A stretch of DNA of 64,000 nucleotides, from the NCBI GenBank assembly GCA_013416795.1, contig RQSC01000023.1, positions 89,768 through 153,767 of the forward strand. The letters are read 5' to 3'. Position 1 is the first letter of the stretch. Each line of letters begins with the position of its first letter. Source of the DNA: Prasinococcaceae sp. CCMP 1430. Lineage: Eukaryota > Plantae > Prasinodermophyta. Position numbers and translations under genes: made by a program. The notes beneath the pieces were generated by a model that was given only the letters and a program-made list of their open reading frames with translations, did no database searches and was not told where the DNA came from. Below are positions 22,953 through 33,980 of the stretch, piece by piece.

Positions 22953-24441
22953 ATGCCCGGCGTGCGCGGGCCAGTCGCGCTCGCGGCGCTGTTCTGCGCG
23001 GCCGCGTGCGGAGCGGCCGCCGGCGAGCAGCTGCCGAGCAGCTCGTCCGAGGACTGCTCGAACCCTTTCGGGCCCGAGCCCAGCGAGCGCGCACGGCTGA
23101 TCAGCTGCTTTGACGACGCCTCGATCGTCGCGCAATATGACAGCGACCTCTTCCTGGCCGAGGCCGTCACCGGCGCGATCGAAGAGATCGAGGGCACCAC
23201 CAAGGGGCTCATGTTCGCCTTTACAGTGCAGGTGCGCGAAGAACGAACGAGCCAGTGGCGTCGCCGCGCTGGCGCCGTTGCCGTCAAGGGCAACGGAGAC
23301 GCGCTGCCTTTGTTTGCGTGCGCGCCAGGGCGCAGCCGGCCCGTGCACGTATGCGCGCTGCTCGCGCGGCTCCTCTTTCTTCGTCGTCGTCGTGCGAGCG
23401 CCTGCTCGCTGACTCAATGTCCTGCCGCACATCACGCCTCTCGTTGCGCAGGCGGACACGGGCGCATGCAACAGCACGACTCTGGGCATTCCGAGCAAGT
23501 TGTGCACCCTGGTCGAGTGCCTGGCAACCACAGAGGCTGCCCTGGGCGACTTCTCGACCTCGCTGCTCGCCGACCCGGCCCAGCTGCCGATCGGGCCAAT
23601 TAAGCGCATGTGCGAGGACTGCGTCGACGCCTACCTGAGCCAGCACATCCGATTGGGCACGGGCCCCTTCGAGGGCGGGGCAGGCAGCGGCGCGGGGTGG
23701 CAACTCTACTGCGTGAAGTCCTCTCCCAAGAAGGCCGTATCTCTCCTGACGGCCGGCGGCGGCGGCGGCGGCGGCGCCGGCCCGCGCACCAGCGCCGGCT
23801 CAGGCGGCGGCGCGGGCATGCAGGTCCTCCTCCCGCGCATCGACCCGACCATCGCATGCAGCGGTGGCGGGTGCGGCGTCGAGTCCGACATGGGCGAGAC
23901 GAACGCCACCGGCATCGTCAAGGACGCGTGCGACGAGGAGCAGTTCGTCGACGGCATCCGCCGCGTCGAGCGCAGCATCCGCAACTGCGCCAACATCGGA
24001 CGTCTCAGCCTGCGCGGCGGCGGCGGTGCCGGCGGCGGCGTGGAAAACACCGAGGATGGCGCTGACGCGCTGCTCTACCGCTTCAGCACCGGCTTCTCCT
24101 TCGGCTTCGGGCCGAACCCGATTCCGGGGGGAGGCGGCGACGGCAACCAGACGTGTGCCCAGTTGTACAGCACCCAGCTGTGCGACAACGCCGGCTTCCC
24201 TCCGTCGGGGCGTGACTCCTACCAGCTGTGCGAATGCCCCGTCACGCAGCTCTACTCGCCGCCCCCGTACGCGTACAACTGCACCAACGGCCCCATCCCG
24301 CCGCCCGAGCAGCCCGTGACTGCCGCCGAGATCGCCGCCAACTGCGAGGAGTGGTGTCCAGGCGTGGTCATCGATCCGGACACCAATGAGCCGTGCGCTC
24401 CACTCCCCGAGTGTGCGAACTGCCCATATACGTTTGAGTGA
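22953..24441 (+). CDS. Secreted Cys/Gly-rich protein; intron 23232..23451
   Basis: Signal peptide MPGVRGPVALAALFCAAACGAAA, phase-0 intron with CTGAC, and many Cys and N-x-S/T sequons. Confidence 0.75.
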
Positions 24442-24711
24442 TAGAGCTATTGCCCGCGCCCGAAGGAGAGCTGCCTGCCCAGGCGCTGCCGGCCAGCACT
24501 GGCTTGAGGGTCATGAGTGCTTCAGTAAGCCTCCGTGACATCGCGCGAGTGCACACGCACGCACGCGAGCGTCTAGAGCGAACGGTCCGCGCTCGTGCTC
24601 ACAGACACGCACGCACGCACAACAATCGCAAGACAGACGCACGCTTGCCCCTCCGAGGGTGTACGCGCCAGCCAGCGCTCGTTCGCGCGCGCCGCGGACG
24701 CCGGGCGTCGC

Positions 24712-25180
24712 TCAGAAGGGCCCCGGAGCGTCGACTGTGGGCGCGAAGTCCGCGCACTGCACGATGAGCTGGCTGCAGCCCTCCTCGCCGCAGCCCGAGT
24801 AGTGCTGCGGGACCTTCGCGGCGGGGCTGGCCGCGACGTTGTCCTGGAAGAGGAGCGAGCCCGCGGGGAGCTCAACGCGCGTGCCGTCGCTCACCTCCAC
24901 CCACCACGACCCCGCGAGCGTGACCACCCACTGCGCGGCCGGCGCGGGGTGCCACGGGTTGTCAAAGCCGGGCGGCAGCGTCGTGAACACGGTGGAGCTC
25001 GCCGCGGGCAGGCCGTCCGTGCGCACGCGCTGCGGGGCGTTGGAGTACGCCGCGTCGGCGAGGCCGCCCATCTCGCAGCGCGACACGTGCGTCTCGCCCG
25101 CGGCGTCCGCCCACAGGTGCACGTACCGCACCGCGTCCGCCTCCGCCGCCCCCGCCGACGGCCGGCACGCGCCGCGCGAT
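24712..25180 (-). CDS. Bacterial-style cupin protein, 5' end unresolved
   Basis: YVHLWADAAGETH...WHPAPAAQWVVTLAGSWWVEVSDGTRVELPAGSLLFQD...QHYS matches the two cupin motifs. Confidence 0.75.
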
Positions 25181-25441
25181 CGCGCGCGCGGGGGCGTGCG
25201 TGCGTGCGTACGTGCGTGTGTGTGTGTGTGTGCCTGTGTGTGTGTGTGTGTGCCTGTGTGTGTGTGCGTGCGTGCCCGTGTGCCGTGTGTGTGTGCCTGT
25301 GTGTGTGCGTATGTGTGTGTGTGTGCCTGTGTGTGTGCGCGTGCGTGTGTGTGCGCGCGCGCGCACATGTCGGCGCCACAGAGCGCGCGCGCGAGCGGCG
25401 AGGTGTGCGACTGGCGCCGGCGCCGGGACGGGGCGGGCGCA

Positions 25442-25992
25442 NNNNNNNNNNNNNNNNNNNNNNNNNNNNNNNNNNNNNNNNNNNNNNNNNNNNNNNNNNN
25501 NNNNNNNNNNNNNNNNNNNNNNNNNNNNNNNNNNNNNNNNNNNNNNNNNNNNNNNNNNNNNNNNNNNNNNNNNNNNNNNNNNNNNNNNNNNNNNNNNNNN
25601 NNNNNNNNNNNNNNNNNNNNNNNNNNNNNNNNNNNNNNNNNNNNNNNNNNNNNNNNNNNNNNNNNNNNNNNNNNNNNNNNNNNNNNNNNNNNNNNNNNNN
25701 NNNNNNNNNNNNNNNNNNNNNNNNNNNNNNNNNNNNNNNNNNNNNNNNNNNNNNNNNNNNNNNNNNNNNNNNNNNNNNNNNNNNNNNNNNNNNNNNNNNN
25801 NNNNNNNNNNNNNNNNNNNNNNNNNNNNNNNNNNNNNNNNNNNNNNNNNNNNNNNNNNNNNNNNNNNNNNNNNNNNNNNNNNNNNNNNNNNNNNNNNNNN
25901 NNNNNNNNNNNNNNNNNNNNNNNNNNNNNNNNNNNNNNNNNNNNNNNNNNNNNNNNNNNNNNNNNNNNNNNNNNNNNNNNNNNNNNNNNNNN
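25442..25992. other. Assembly gap (others: 2033-2093, 29496-30211, 39032-39109, 41745-42607, 52018-52481, 59149-59637, 60631-60946)
   Basis: N runs. Confidence 0.99.
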
Positions 25993-28414
25993 GGCCGCGG
26001 CCGCGTGCCTGTGGGCGTGCGCGCTGGGCGCGGCGCCGGCCTCGGCGGCCACGCCCGATGCGCCGCCCGACATCATCCTCATCATCAGCGACGACCACTC
26101 CGCCGTGGACATCGGCGCCTACTACGCCGACATCGCGGGCACCGCCCACGACTACGCGGCGGGGCGGTCGCGCGCGCGCACGCCCACCCTGGACGCGCTG
26201 GCGGCGTCCGGCGTGCGCTTCACGCGCGCGTCGACGCCCACGCCGCTGTGCAACCCCAGCCGCGCCTCGCTGCTGAGCGGGCGCTACCCGTCGGCGCACG
26301 GCGTCACCGAGAACCACGCGGTGGTGCGCGACGGCGTGGCGCTGCTGCCGGCGCTCCTCACCGCGCGCGGCTACCACACGGCGCTGCTGGGCAAGGATGA
26401 GGTGCTCGGCCACCGCACGGCGCTCACGACGTGCGGCGAGCGCGAGGAGGAGCTCAACGTGAGCGCGGCGGACAGCGCGTGCGGCGACGCATGGCCGCGC
26501 GAGTGGCCCACGCCGTGGATGCGCACGCAGCGCGCGGGCTACTTCCGCAAGGACGGCGTGCTCTTCGACGAGTGGTGCCGCGACTGCCGCGCGCAGCTCG
26601 CCGACGGCGGCACGCTGGCGTGCGGCGCGTGCGTGGAGGGGCTGCGCGCCGACGTGGAGGCGGCGCTGACCTTCCGCGACGACTTCCACCCGGGCCAGCC
26701 CATGCTGCTGATCGTGGCGCTCACCGAACCGCACGCGCCGTACCCCGACTACGCGCAGAGCGGCTACACCGACGAGTCGGCGCTCAACGCGGCGCTGCCC
26801 GCGGCGTACGAAGCGGCGGCCGCCGCCGCGGCCGAAGCCGCCGCGGCGGGCAACCCCGGCGCGCTGGCGAACGAGTCGGCGGCATTCTTCGCGGCCGCCC
26901 GGCGGGAGGCCGCGGGGTACAACGCCGCCGTGGAGCGCACGGACGCGCTGGTGGGCGCGGTGCTCGACGCCCACGCCGCGCACGTCGGCGCGGCCTCGGC
27001 TCGCTTCGCCAACACGCTGACGCTTTTCACCGCCGACCACGGCGCGGGAAAGCTGGTGACGGCCAAGGCGTCGCTCTACGCGCACGGCGCGCGCGTGCCG
27101 CTGCTCGCGCGCTGGCCGGCGCGCCTCGCCCCCGGCGGCGTGTCGGGCGCTCTCGTGTGCTTCACCGATGTGGCGCCCACGCTGCTCGAGCTCGCCGGCT
27201 ACGCCGACGACGAGGTGGCGGCTATGGGGCTCGCGGGCACGAGCCTCACGGGCACCGTGCTCGAGGCGTGCGCCCCAGGCGCGCCGGGGGTCACGGACGA
27301 GGGCGAGGGTGAGAATGCGGGCGAGGGCGAGGGCGCCGACCGCATCGCCGCCGACGGCTCGGGCGCGTCATGCGCGCGCGCCGAGCACCGTGCGCGCGCG
27401 TACGGCTGGTGGCCTGCCGAGCGGCCGTTGGACACCAACGTGCGGCAGGGGTGCTACCCCATGCGCAGCGTGCACACGGCGCGCTGGAAGCTCATCGCCA
27501 ACCTCAACAACGCCAAGCAGTTGGTACACCTCGCGTACACGGTCGAGGGCCACCTCAACCCCGAGCGCGAGGCCTGGCGCTGGTACGTCGACAACATGCC
27601 GCATTACGCGCTGCGTCCCCGCTTCGAGCTGTACGACCTGGAGGCCGACCCAGAGGAGCTGGCCGACGTGGCAAGTAGCCATCCGGACGTGGTGGAGGAG
27701 CTGGCGGCCCATTTGGCGGCGTGGATGGACAGCGAGGACGACGCCGCGTGCGGCGGCGCCGACTGCGCGGGCGAGGACGGCGCCACGTGCTGCGAGCTCG
27801 ACGCAGCCGCGGCCGCGCGCAGCGGCGCACCCGTGTGCTCGGAGGACTGCCCGGAGGAGTGCCTTACGTGCGGGGAGGGCGGTGCGTGCGCGTCGTGCGC
27901 GTACCGGCGATGCCTGCGCCTGATCAGCAACGGCGACAAGTTCTCCGTGCAGGGTATCCAGGACGCGGCTGCGGGCGAGGGGGGCGGTGAGGGGGGCGTC
28001 TGCGCGCGCAGCCCCGCCGAGGTGCTCACCCTGCTGCGCGCAGACGCGCGCAACGGCACATGCGTGCCCGACTGGCTGCCCGAGCGCACGCGCGACGGAG
28101 GGGATGAGGAGGGGGAGGCGAGCGCTGCTCCACCACCCATGGGAGCGCGCGCGCCGGCGCCGGCCGCGGCGGCCGCGGCGGCCGCGGCGGCCACGACGGC
28201 AGCGGCGCTCGCCGAGGGTCAGGAGGAGGAGGAGGAGGAGGAGGAGGAGGTGGAGGAGGAGGAGGTGGAGGAAAGGAAGGAGGAAAAGAAGGAGGAGGAG
28301 GTGAGTGCCGCTCCACCACAGGACGCGCGCGCAAGGCTGGCGGCGGCGCTGGCAGCGACGACCGCGGTGGCTGCAGTGGCCGTGGCGGCAGCACTCGCGC
28401 TCGCGGCGGCATGA
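25993..28414 (+). CDS. Formylglycine-dependent sulfatase (N-sulfoglucosamine sulfohydrolase-like) with Cys-rich, Glu-rich and hydrophobic C-terminal tail; 5' end at gap
   Basis: DIILIISDD, LCNPSRASLLSGRYP (CxPxR), GYHTALLGK, TADHG, RVPLLARWP, ELYDLEADPEE. TGTAA at 28429-28433. Confidence 0.9.
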
Positions 28415-28481
28415 GTGGGGCCTGCTTGTGTAAGCTCCCTGCGTTGTGCGTACGTTCGCGGCGGGCACGCGCGCGCGCGCA

Positions 28482-29381
28482 TCAGTGCGCCGCCTCTCCC
28501 TCGTCCCCGTCGCCGCCCTCGGGGCCCATAGCGTCGAGCACCGCGCGCGCGAGCAGCACGTGGATGCGCCGGCGCGTCGCCGCGTCCACGTTTTCCGCCA
28601 GCGGCGTGCCCGTGCGGTTGGCCGCCAGCGCCGTGTTGCCGAGCGCGTCGACCGCGAGCGGGTTGGCGCCGGCCATGAGCAGCACCTCGACGGCCTCCTC
28701 GTCGCCGTACATGGCGGCGACGTGCAGCGGCGTCTCACGCGAGGGCCCCGCCGGCGTCTGCAGGTTGTGGATCGGCCGGCGCACGAGCCGCCGCAGCACG
28801 TCGGCGCCGCCACCGCCGGTGATGCCGCGCATACAACAGAGGTGAAGGTTCGTGTAGCCTGTCTCCTGCCAGGCGCTGCGAGTGCCCTCCTCCTCTGGGT
28901 AGCCCACGTCGAAGATGGGGTCGGCGTCGTTCTCCGCCTGCGTGGGCGGCTCCTCGTCGCGGCCGACGACGAATGCGCGCGCGTCCAACGGCGCGAGCAG
29001 GCGATCGTCCTCGGGAACGCTCTCCGCGTCGGCTCCGTCGCCGAGCGCGAGTTGGTACGCCGCCACGAAGCTCGGCGGCCACTCGGGGCGGCGGTACCAC
29101 GTGGCCGTCACGACGGCGTCGACGTAGCCCTCGTGAGAGTTGGACGCGCGGACGCGGTCGCCCACGGCGAAGCGCAGCGCGCCGCCAGCGCCCGAGCCCT
29201 CTCCGGAGGGGGGTTCGTCCCACGCGGAGGCGGCGCGCGCGCAGAAGGACGACCACGCCGCCTCCTCGCGCGCGGTGAACTGCAGCGACCACGGCGTGCC
29301 GCGCTCGCAGCCGCCGAGCGCCGCGCGCAGGTGCTCGGGCACCTCCGCCTCGCGCACGACCTTCTCGAGCGACGCGGCCAT
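28482..29381 (-). CDS. Ankyrin-repeat protein with an N-terminal LRFAVGDRV small beta-barrel-like domain
   Basis: ETPLHVAAMYGDEEAVEVLLMAGANPLAVDALGNTAL is an ankyrin repeat; LRFAVGDRV...WYR..WP....YQL.L...PEDD lies upstream. Confidence 0.75.
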   Translation of the reverse strand: MAASLEKVVREAEVPEHLRAALGGCERGTPWSLQFTAREEAAWSSFCARAASAWDEPPSGEGSGAGGALRFAVGDRVRASNSHEGYVDAVVTATWYRRPEWPPSFVAAYQLALGDGADAESVPEDDRLLAPLDARAFVVGRDEEPPTQAENDADPIFDVGYPEEEGTRSAWQETGYTNLHLCCMRGITGGGGADVLRRLVRRPIHNLQTPAGPSRETPLHVAAMYGDEEAVEVLLMAGANPLAVDALGNTALAANRTGTPLAENVDAATRRRIHVLLARAVLDAMGPEGGDGDEGEAAH

Positions 29382-30211
29382 GGCGCGAAAACGCACGCGC
29401 GCGCGCGCGCAGGCACGCACGCGCGCACACACGCGCACACTCGCGCCCACGCGTGCGCACGCACACACGCACGCACACACGCACACACACACACANNNNN
29501 NNNNNNNNNNNNNNNNNNNNNNNNNNNNNNNNNNNNNNNNNNNNNNNNNNNNNNNNNNNNNNNNNNNNNNNNNNNNNNNNNNNNNNNNNNNNNNNNNNNN
29601 NNNNNNNNNNNNNNNNNNNNNNNNNNNNNNNNNNNNNNNNNNNNNNNNNNNNNNNNNNNNNNNNNNNNNNNNNNNNNNNNNNNNNNNNNNNNNNNNNNNN
29701 NNNNNNNNNNNNNNNNNNNNNNNNNNNNNNNNNNNNNNNNNNNNNNNNNNNNNNNNNNNNNNNNNNNNNNNNNNNNNNNNNNNNNNNNNNNNNNNNNNNN
29801 NNNNNNNNNNNNNNNNNNNNNNNNNNNNNNNNNNNNNNNNNNNNNNNNNNNNNNNNNNNNNNNNNNNNNNNNNNNNNNNNNNNNNNNNNNNNNNNNNNNN
29901 NNNNNNNNNNNNNNNNNNNNNNNNNNNNNNNNNNNNNNNNNNNNNNNNNNNNNNNNNNNNNNNNNNNNNNNNNNNNNNNNNNNNNNNNNNNNNNNNNNNN
30001 NNNNNNNNNNNNNNNNNNNNNNNNNNNNNNNNNNNNNNNNNNNNNNNNNNNNNNNNNNNNNNNNNNNNNNNNNNNNNNNNNNNNNNNNNNNNNNNNNNNN
30101 NNNNNNNNNNNNNNNNNNNNNNNNNNNNNNNNNNNNNNNNNNNNNNNNNNNNNNNNNNNNNNNNNNNNNNNNNNNNNNNNNNNNNNNNNNNNNNNNNNNN
30201 NNNNNNNNNNN

Positions 30212-30297
<86 letters not shown>

Positions 30298-30411
30298 CAC
30301 GCGAGCACATGCGACTCGTGCACACCCGCACACACACAGCTGCCGCACGCTGGCACACTCCATTTGCTGACGGCGCGAGCACGCTCGCGCGCGCCCACAC
30401 GTGCACACCAG

Positions 30412-30553
30412 GTTCCGCGTGGTGGAGGCCCCCGCCGGTGTGTCCGTGACGCCCGCGTCGGGTGACCTCGAGGAGCTCGGAGGCGCGCCAGTGCGCGTGC
30501 GCGTGGACGCCGAGGTGCGCGCGCGCGCGCGCGCGCGCGAGCGAGCGAGCGCG

Positions 30554-30618
<65 letters not shown>

Positions 30619-30854
30619 GCACGCGATCACACACACACGTGCTCACACATGCCACGTTGCGCGCGTGCGCGCGCTCCCGCGCCCTCGCCCGCCCGCAGGA
30701 CGGCGCGGGCGGCGCCGTGACGGTGGGCGCGTCGGTGTACTTCTGCGCGGACGGCGGCGCGTGCTACCATCGCGAGGCGCTGGCGACGGCGGAGGTCGCC
30801 GCGGGCGGCGCCGCGAGCGCGGGCGCGACGTACGCGCCGCGAGCGGGGCGCTGA
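30412..30854 (+). CDS. Last two exons of a gene resembling the SOQ1/NHLRC2 C-terminal domain; intron 30515..30698
   Basis: RFRVVEAPAGVSVTPASGDL and SVYFCADGGACYHR resemble the SOQ1 C-terminal VYYCxxxxxCLY region (recalled similarity). Confidence 0.5.
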
Positions 30855-30929
30855 TGCGTGTGTGTGTGTGTGTGTGCATGCGTGTGGTGTGGGAGCGGCG
30901 CACTCACACCCACCCACACACGCTCGTGT

Positions 30930-30974
<45 letters not shown>

Positions 30975-31156
30975 ATCGCGAGCGAGCGGGCTTTGATAGG
31001 TGCATGTTACATACGCGGCCAGGGTGGCCGCCCCTCCAACGCCTCTCCCACGGCTCGCCGCGAGGGCGCCTCCGTGCGTGCCCGATCCCCTTCTTTGCGC
31101 ACGCCGACGCCTTTGTGCGTAGGCGTGCGTGTGTGTGCCGTCGCCACCTCCGCGCG

Positions 31157-31540
31157 TCATCCCGAGTCCTCCTCGACCACCTCGTCGCCCGCGCCCACCG
31201 GGCCGCACGTCTGCGGGTCGGCCTCCTCGCACACCGCCTCCCCCCCGCTCCCGAAGGCCTCGCACGCGCACCAGCGGCACCAGCCGTCCGCGCCGCCCCT
31301 CTCCGCGCCGAAGGCGTTGCCCACCCACCCGGGCGGCACCACCACGCCCTGCAGCGTGCACGGCTCGCCCAGCGGCGGGGCGCCCGCGCACTCGCCCGCG
31401 TCGGCGGTGCACTGCATGACGGCGCCCTCCTCCTCGGCGCCGTCGGCGCACGTGCAGCCGCTGCACCACGTCCGGGCGGTCACGCCGAGGCCGAACCAGC
31501 CGATGGAAACCTCTGTCTTGCCGTCCGCCAGCGCGCACCT

Positions 31541-31603
<63 letters not shown>

Positions 31604-31604
31604 N

Positions 31605-31660
<56 letters not shown>

Positions 31661-32882
31661 GTGTGCATAACGGCGTGTGAGCGCACGCGGTTTCGTCGGT
31701 CCTATCCGCCCCGTCCGACCCAGCGCGCACGCGCACGCACCTGTCCTTCGCTGCGAGGTCGCCCTTGTCTCCCCCCGCCAAGCACGCGAAGGGCGTGTGG
31801 AAGCACGTCGCCAGCGGCTCGCCGCTGGTGGGATCGGCGGCGCACTCGGGCGCGCAGGCGGCGGCCTGGTACACGCAGCCCGCCGCGGCGCAGTCCTCGC
31901 ACGACGCCTGGAGCTCGTCTGCGGCGCAGGCGCTTTCCGGCAAGGGGCAGAGCGCGGCGTCCTCCGCGGTGGCGAAGCACGGCGGCGACGCCGCCTCGGT
32001 GGCGTCCAGCAGGCACGCCGCGGCGCAGCGGCTGGCCGGCGCGCCCTCCCACGCGCACCCGTCCGCCACGCACGCGCCGCACGAGGCGTGCTCGGCGCAC
32101 TCGATCTCACGCGGGCTGCTGCCCGCGGCGTCGAGCGCGCCGGGCAGCAGGAAGGCGTCGGGGCCGCCCTCCGGCAGCGGAGGGCAAGCGTCCGGGTCGA
32201 GGCCGAGCGCCTCGTCCACGGCGCTCGAGTCCACCGCCGCGGCGCCGCCCGCCACCTCGGCGAACTTGGTGCACGCCAGCACGCCCCTGGCGCCCCCGTC
32301 GCCACCTTGCTCGACGCCGGCGACGCCGACGCCCAGGAACGAGCACGGTGTGCGTGTGTGTGTGTGTGTGTGGTATTGTGTGTGTGTGTGTGCGCGTGTC
32401 AGCGCACGCATGCGCCTGAGCCGCGACGATTCGCCTCGGCCTCGCCATGGCGGGCGCGCACACGCACCTGCACCGCCGCCGACGCCGCCCAGGCAGGCGC
32501 ACGTGTGGCACCACCGCTCGCCCGCGTCGCGCCCGCGCCAGCCCACGGGCACCTCGCTGAGGTCGGAGAGCACGCACGCGCCGTCGAACGCCCCCTCGAA
32601 GGGGTCGAAGTCGACACCCGGCACAGGGCCGGGCGCGGGGCCGCCCGCTACCTTCACGGCGAACAGACCTGTCGCGTCGACGAAGAAGTCGCCCCCGATG
32701 GCGTCTGCCGCCCCCTCGCCATCGGGCGCGGGCGCCGGGAGTGGGGAGGTGAGGAGCGCGCCCATCGCGTCGAGCGCGCCGCCCGGGGCTAGGACCACCT
32801 GCGCGCGCGCCGTCACGGGGGCACGCGAGACGCTCGTTGTGACGAGCAGGGCGGCGGTAACGACTATCGCGGACGCCGCCAT
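31157..32882 (-). CDS. Secreted Cys-rich protein with three VWC/pacifastin-like modules and a PSI-like region; introns 32306..32467 and 31539..31740
   Basis: Signal peptide MAASAIVVTAALLVTTSVS; three C-x-VxxGWxG...WCxxCxC...C units. Confidence 0.7.
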
Positions 32883-33980
32883 GGCGCGCATCGCCTCGAT
32901 GTCAGCGCCCACTTGCACTGGAGCACCGGCAGCGCGTCCACGGTCGGCGGTGTGGCCACCCGCGGCCAGTCGATGTCTAGCTTTGTGTGCGTGCGCGTTG
33001 TGTGTGTGCGCGTGTGTGTGCGCCCGAGTCATCCCCTGGAGGCACGGCACTGTGGCGCTCTCGGACGGGGGCCGCGCTCTCCCAGCACGCGCACCCCCCG
33101 GCCGGACGCGCCGTTGCGCGCCGCGGCACGCTGCGGCGCACGCGCGTTGCAACGCTGCGCGCGCCGCGGCTGCAGCGCGCCGCGGCGGCAGCGCACCCCC
33201 ACCGCGCCCCGCCGTTGACAGCTACACGCCCCCTCACGCACACACACGCACACGGACGCCGCAGGCCGCCCGAGGCCTCCCCACGCCGCGTGCGTGCTGC
33301 TCAATTCCCCCGCGCGCGGCGCGTGTGCAATACAACCGAGCTGTTATGACTCGCCCACGCGCTGCGCTAATTGCCCTGAGAGATGCACCGACATGCCGAG
33401 ATTTGCGTGGACGCATGCGCAAAGATACGGCGAGGATACGCACCGTGACGTGGCGCGGGCCTTCCGAGAGGGCTTACGTGGAGAACGGTGCCACGCTGTT
33501 CCGTGCTGCCGATCGGTCGCGCCAACAACGATCGAATCGCGTGCGAATTAATTCGCAGATCGACTCGGACAGCGGGGCTGCTGCCGCCCCATTGACGCCC
33601 TGCCGCCCCGACGAGCCTCCCCACGCAGCCACTCGCAGGCGTGCCAGTGTGTCGCAGCGCGCGGGGGTTGGCGCAGAACGGATGTGAGTGTTCGACTCTC
33701 GTGATTGTACTGCAGGCGAAGGGGCGCGGCCGCGGGGGGCGCGAGCGCGCACGAGCGCGCAAGCGGCGCATTCGAACGCACGCGTGGTAGGACGTTCACG
33801 CGCTGGCTGGGTGCGCCGGCGCGGCCGCCCTCGCCGAGGCGTGGAGTCGGCGCGGCGGCGCTGTCGTCACAATGGCGGCGCGGGGCGGCCTCCGTCGGGC
33901 CTCCCTCCACCCCGGGGGCACTGGCGGGCGTCGACCGGGGTTGGGAGGGCGCCGGCTGACCGGGTGCTTCGCCCACCATC

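Noticed and set aside
7406-28414. A single horizontally acquired island (HTTM, GAD, cupin, sulfatase)
   Set aside because: The genes are interspersed with typical host genes, share host composition, and several have host-type introns.
24839-30655. Very long ORFs running through N gaps (also 41-43, 51.6-53, 58.9-61.4 kb)
   Set aside because: N runs contain no stops, so the continuity is artificial.
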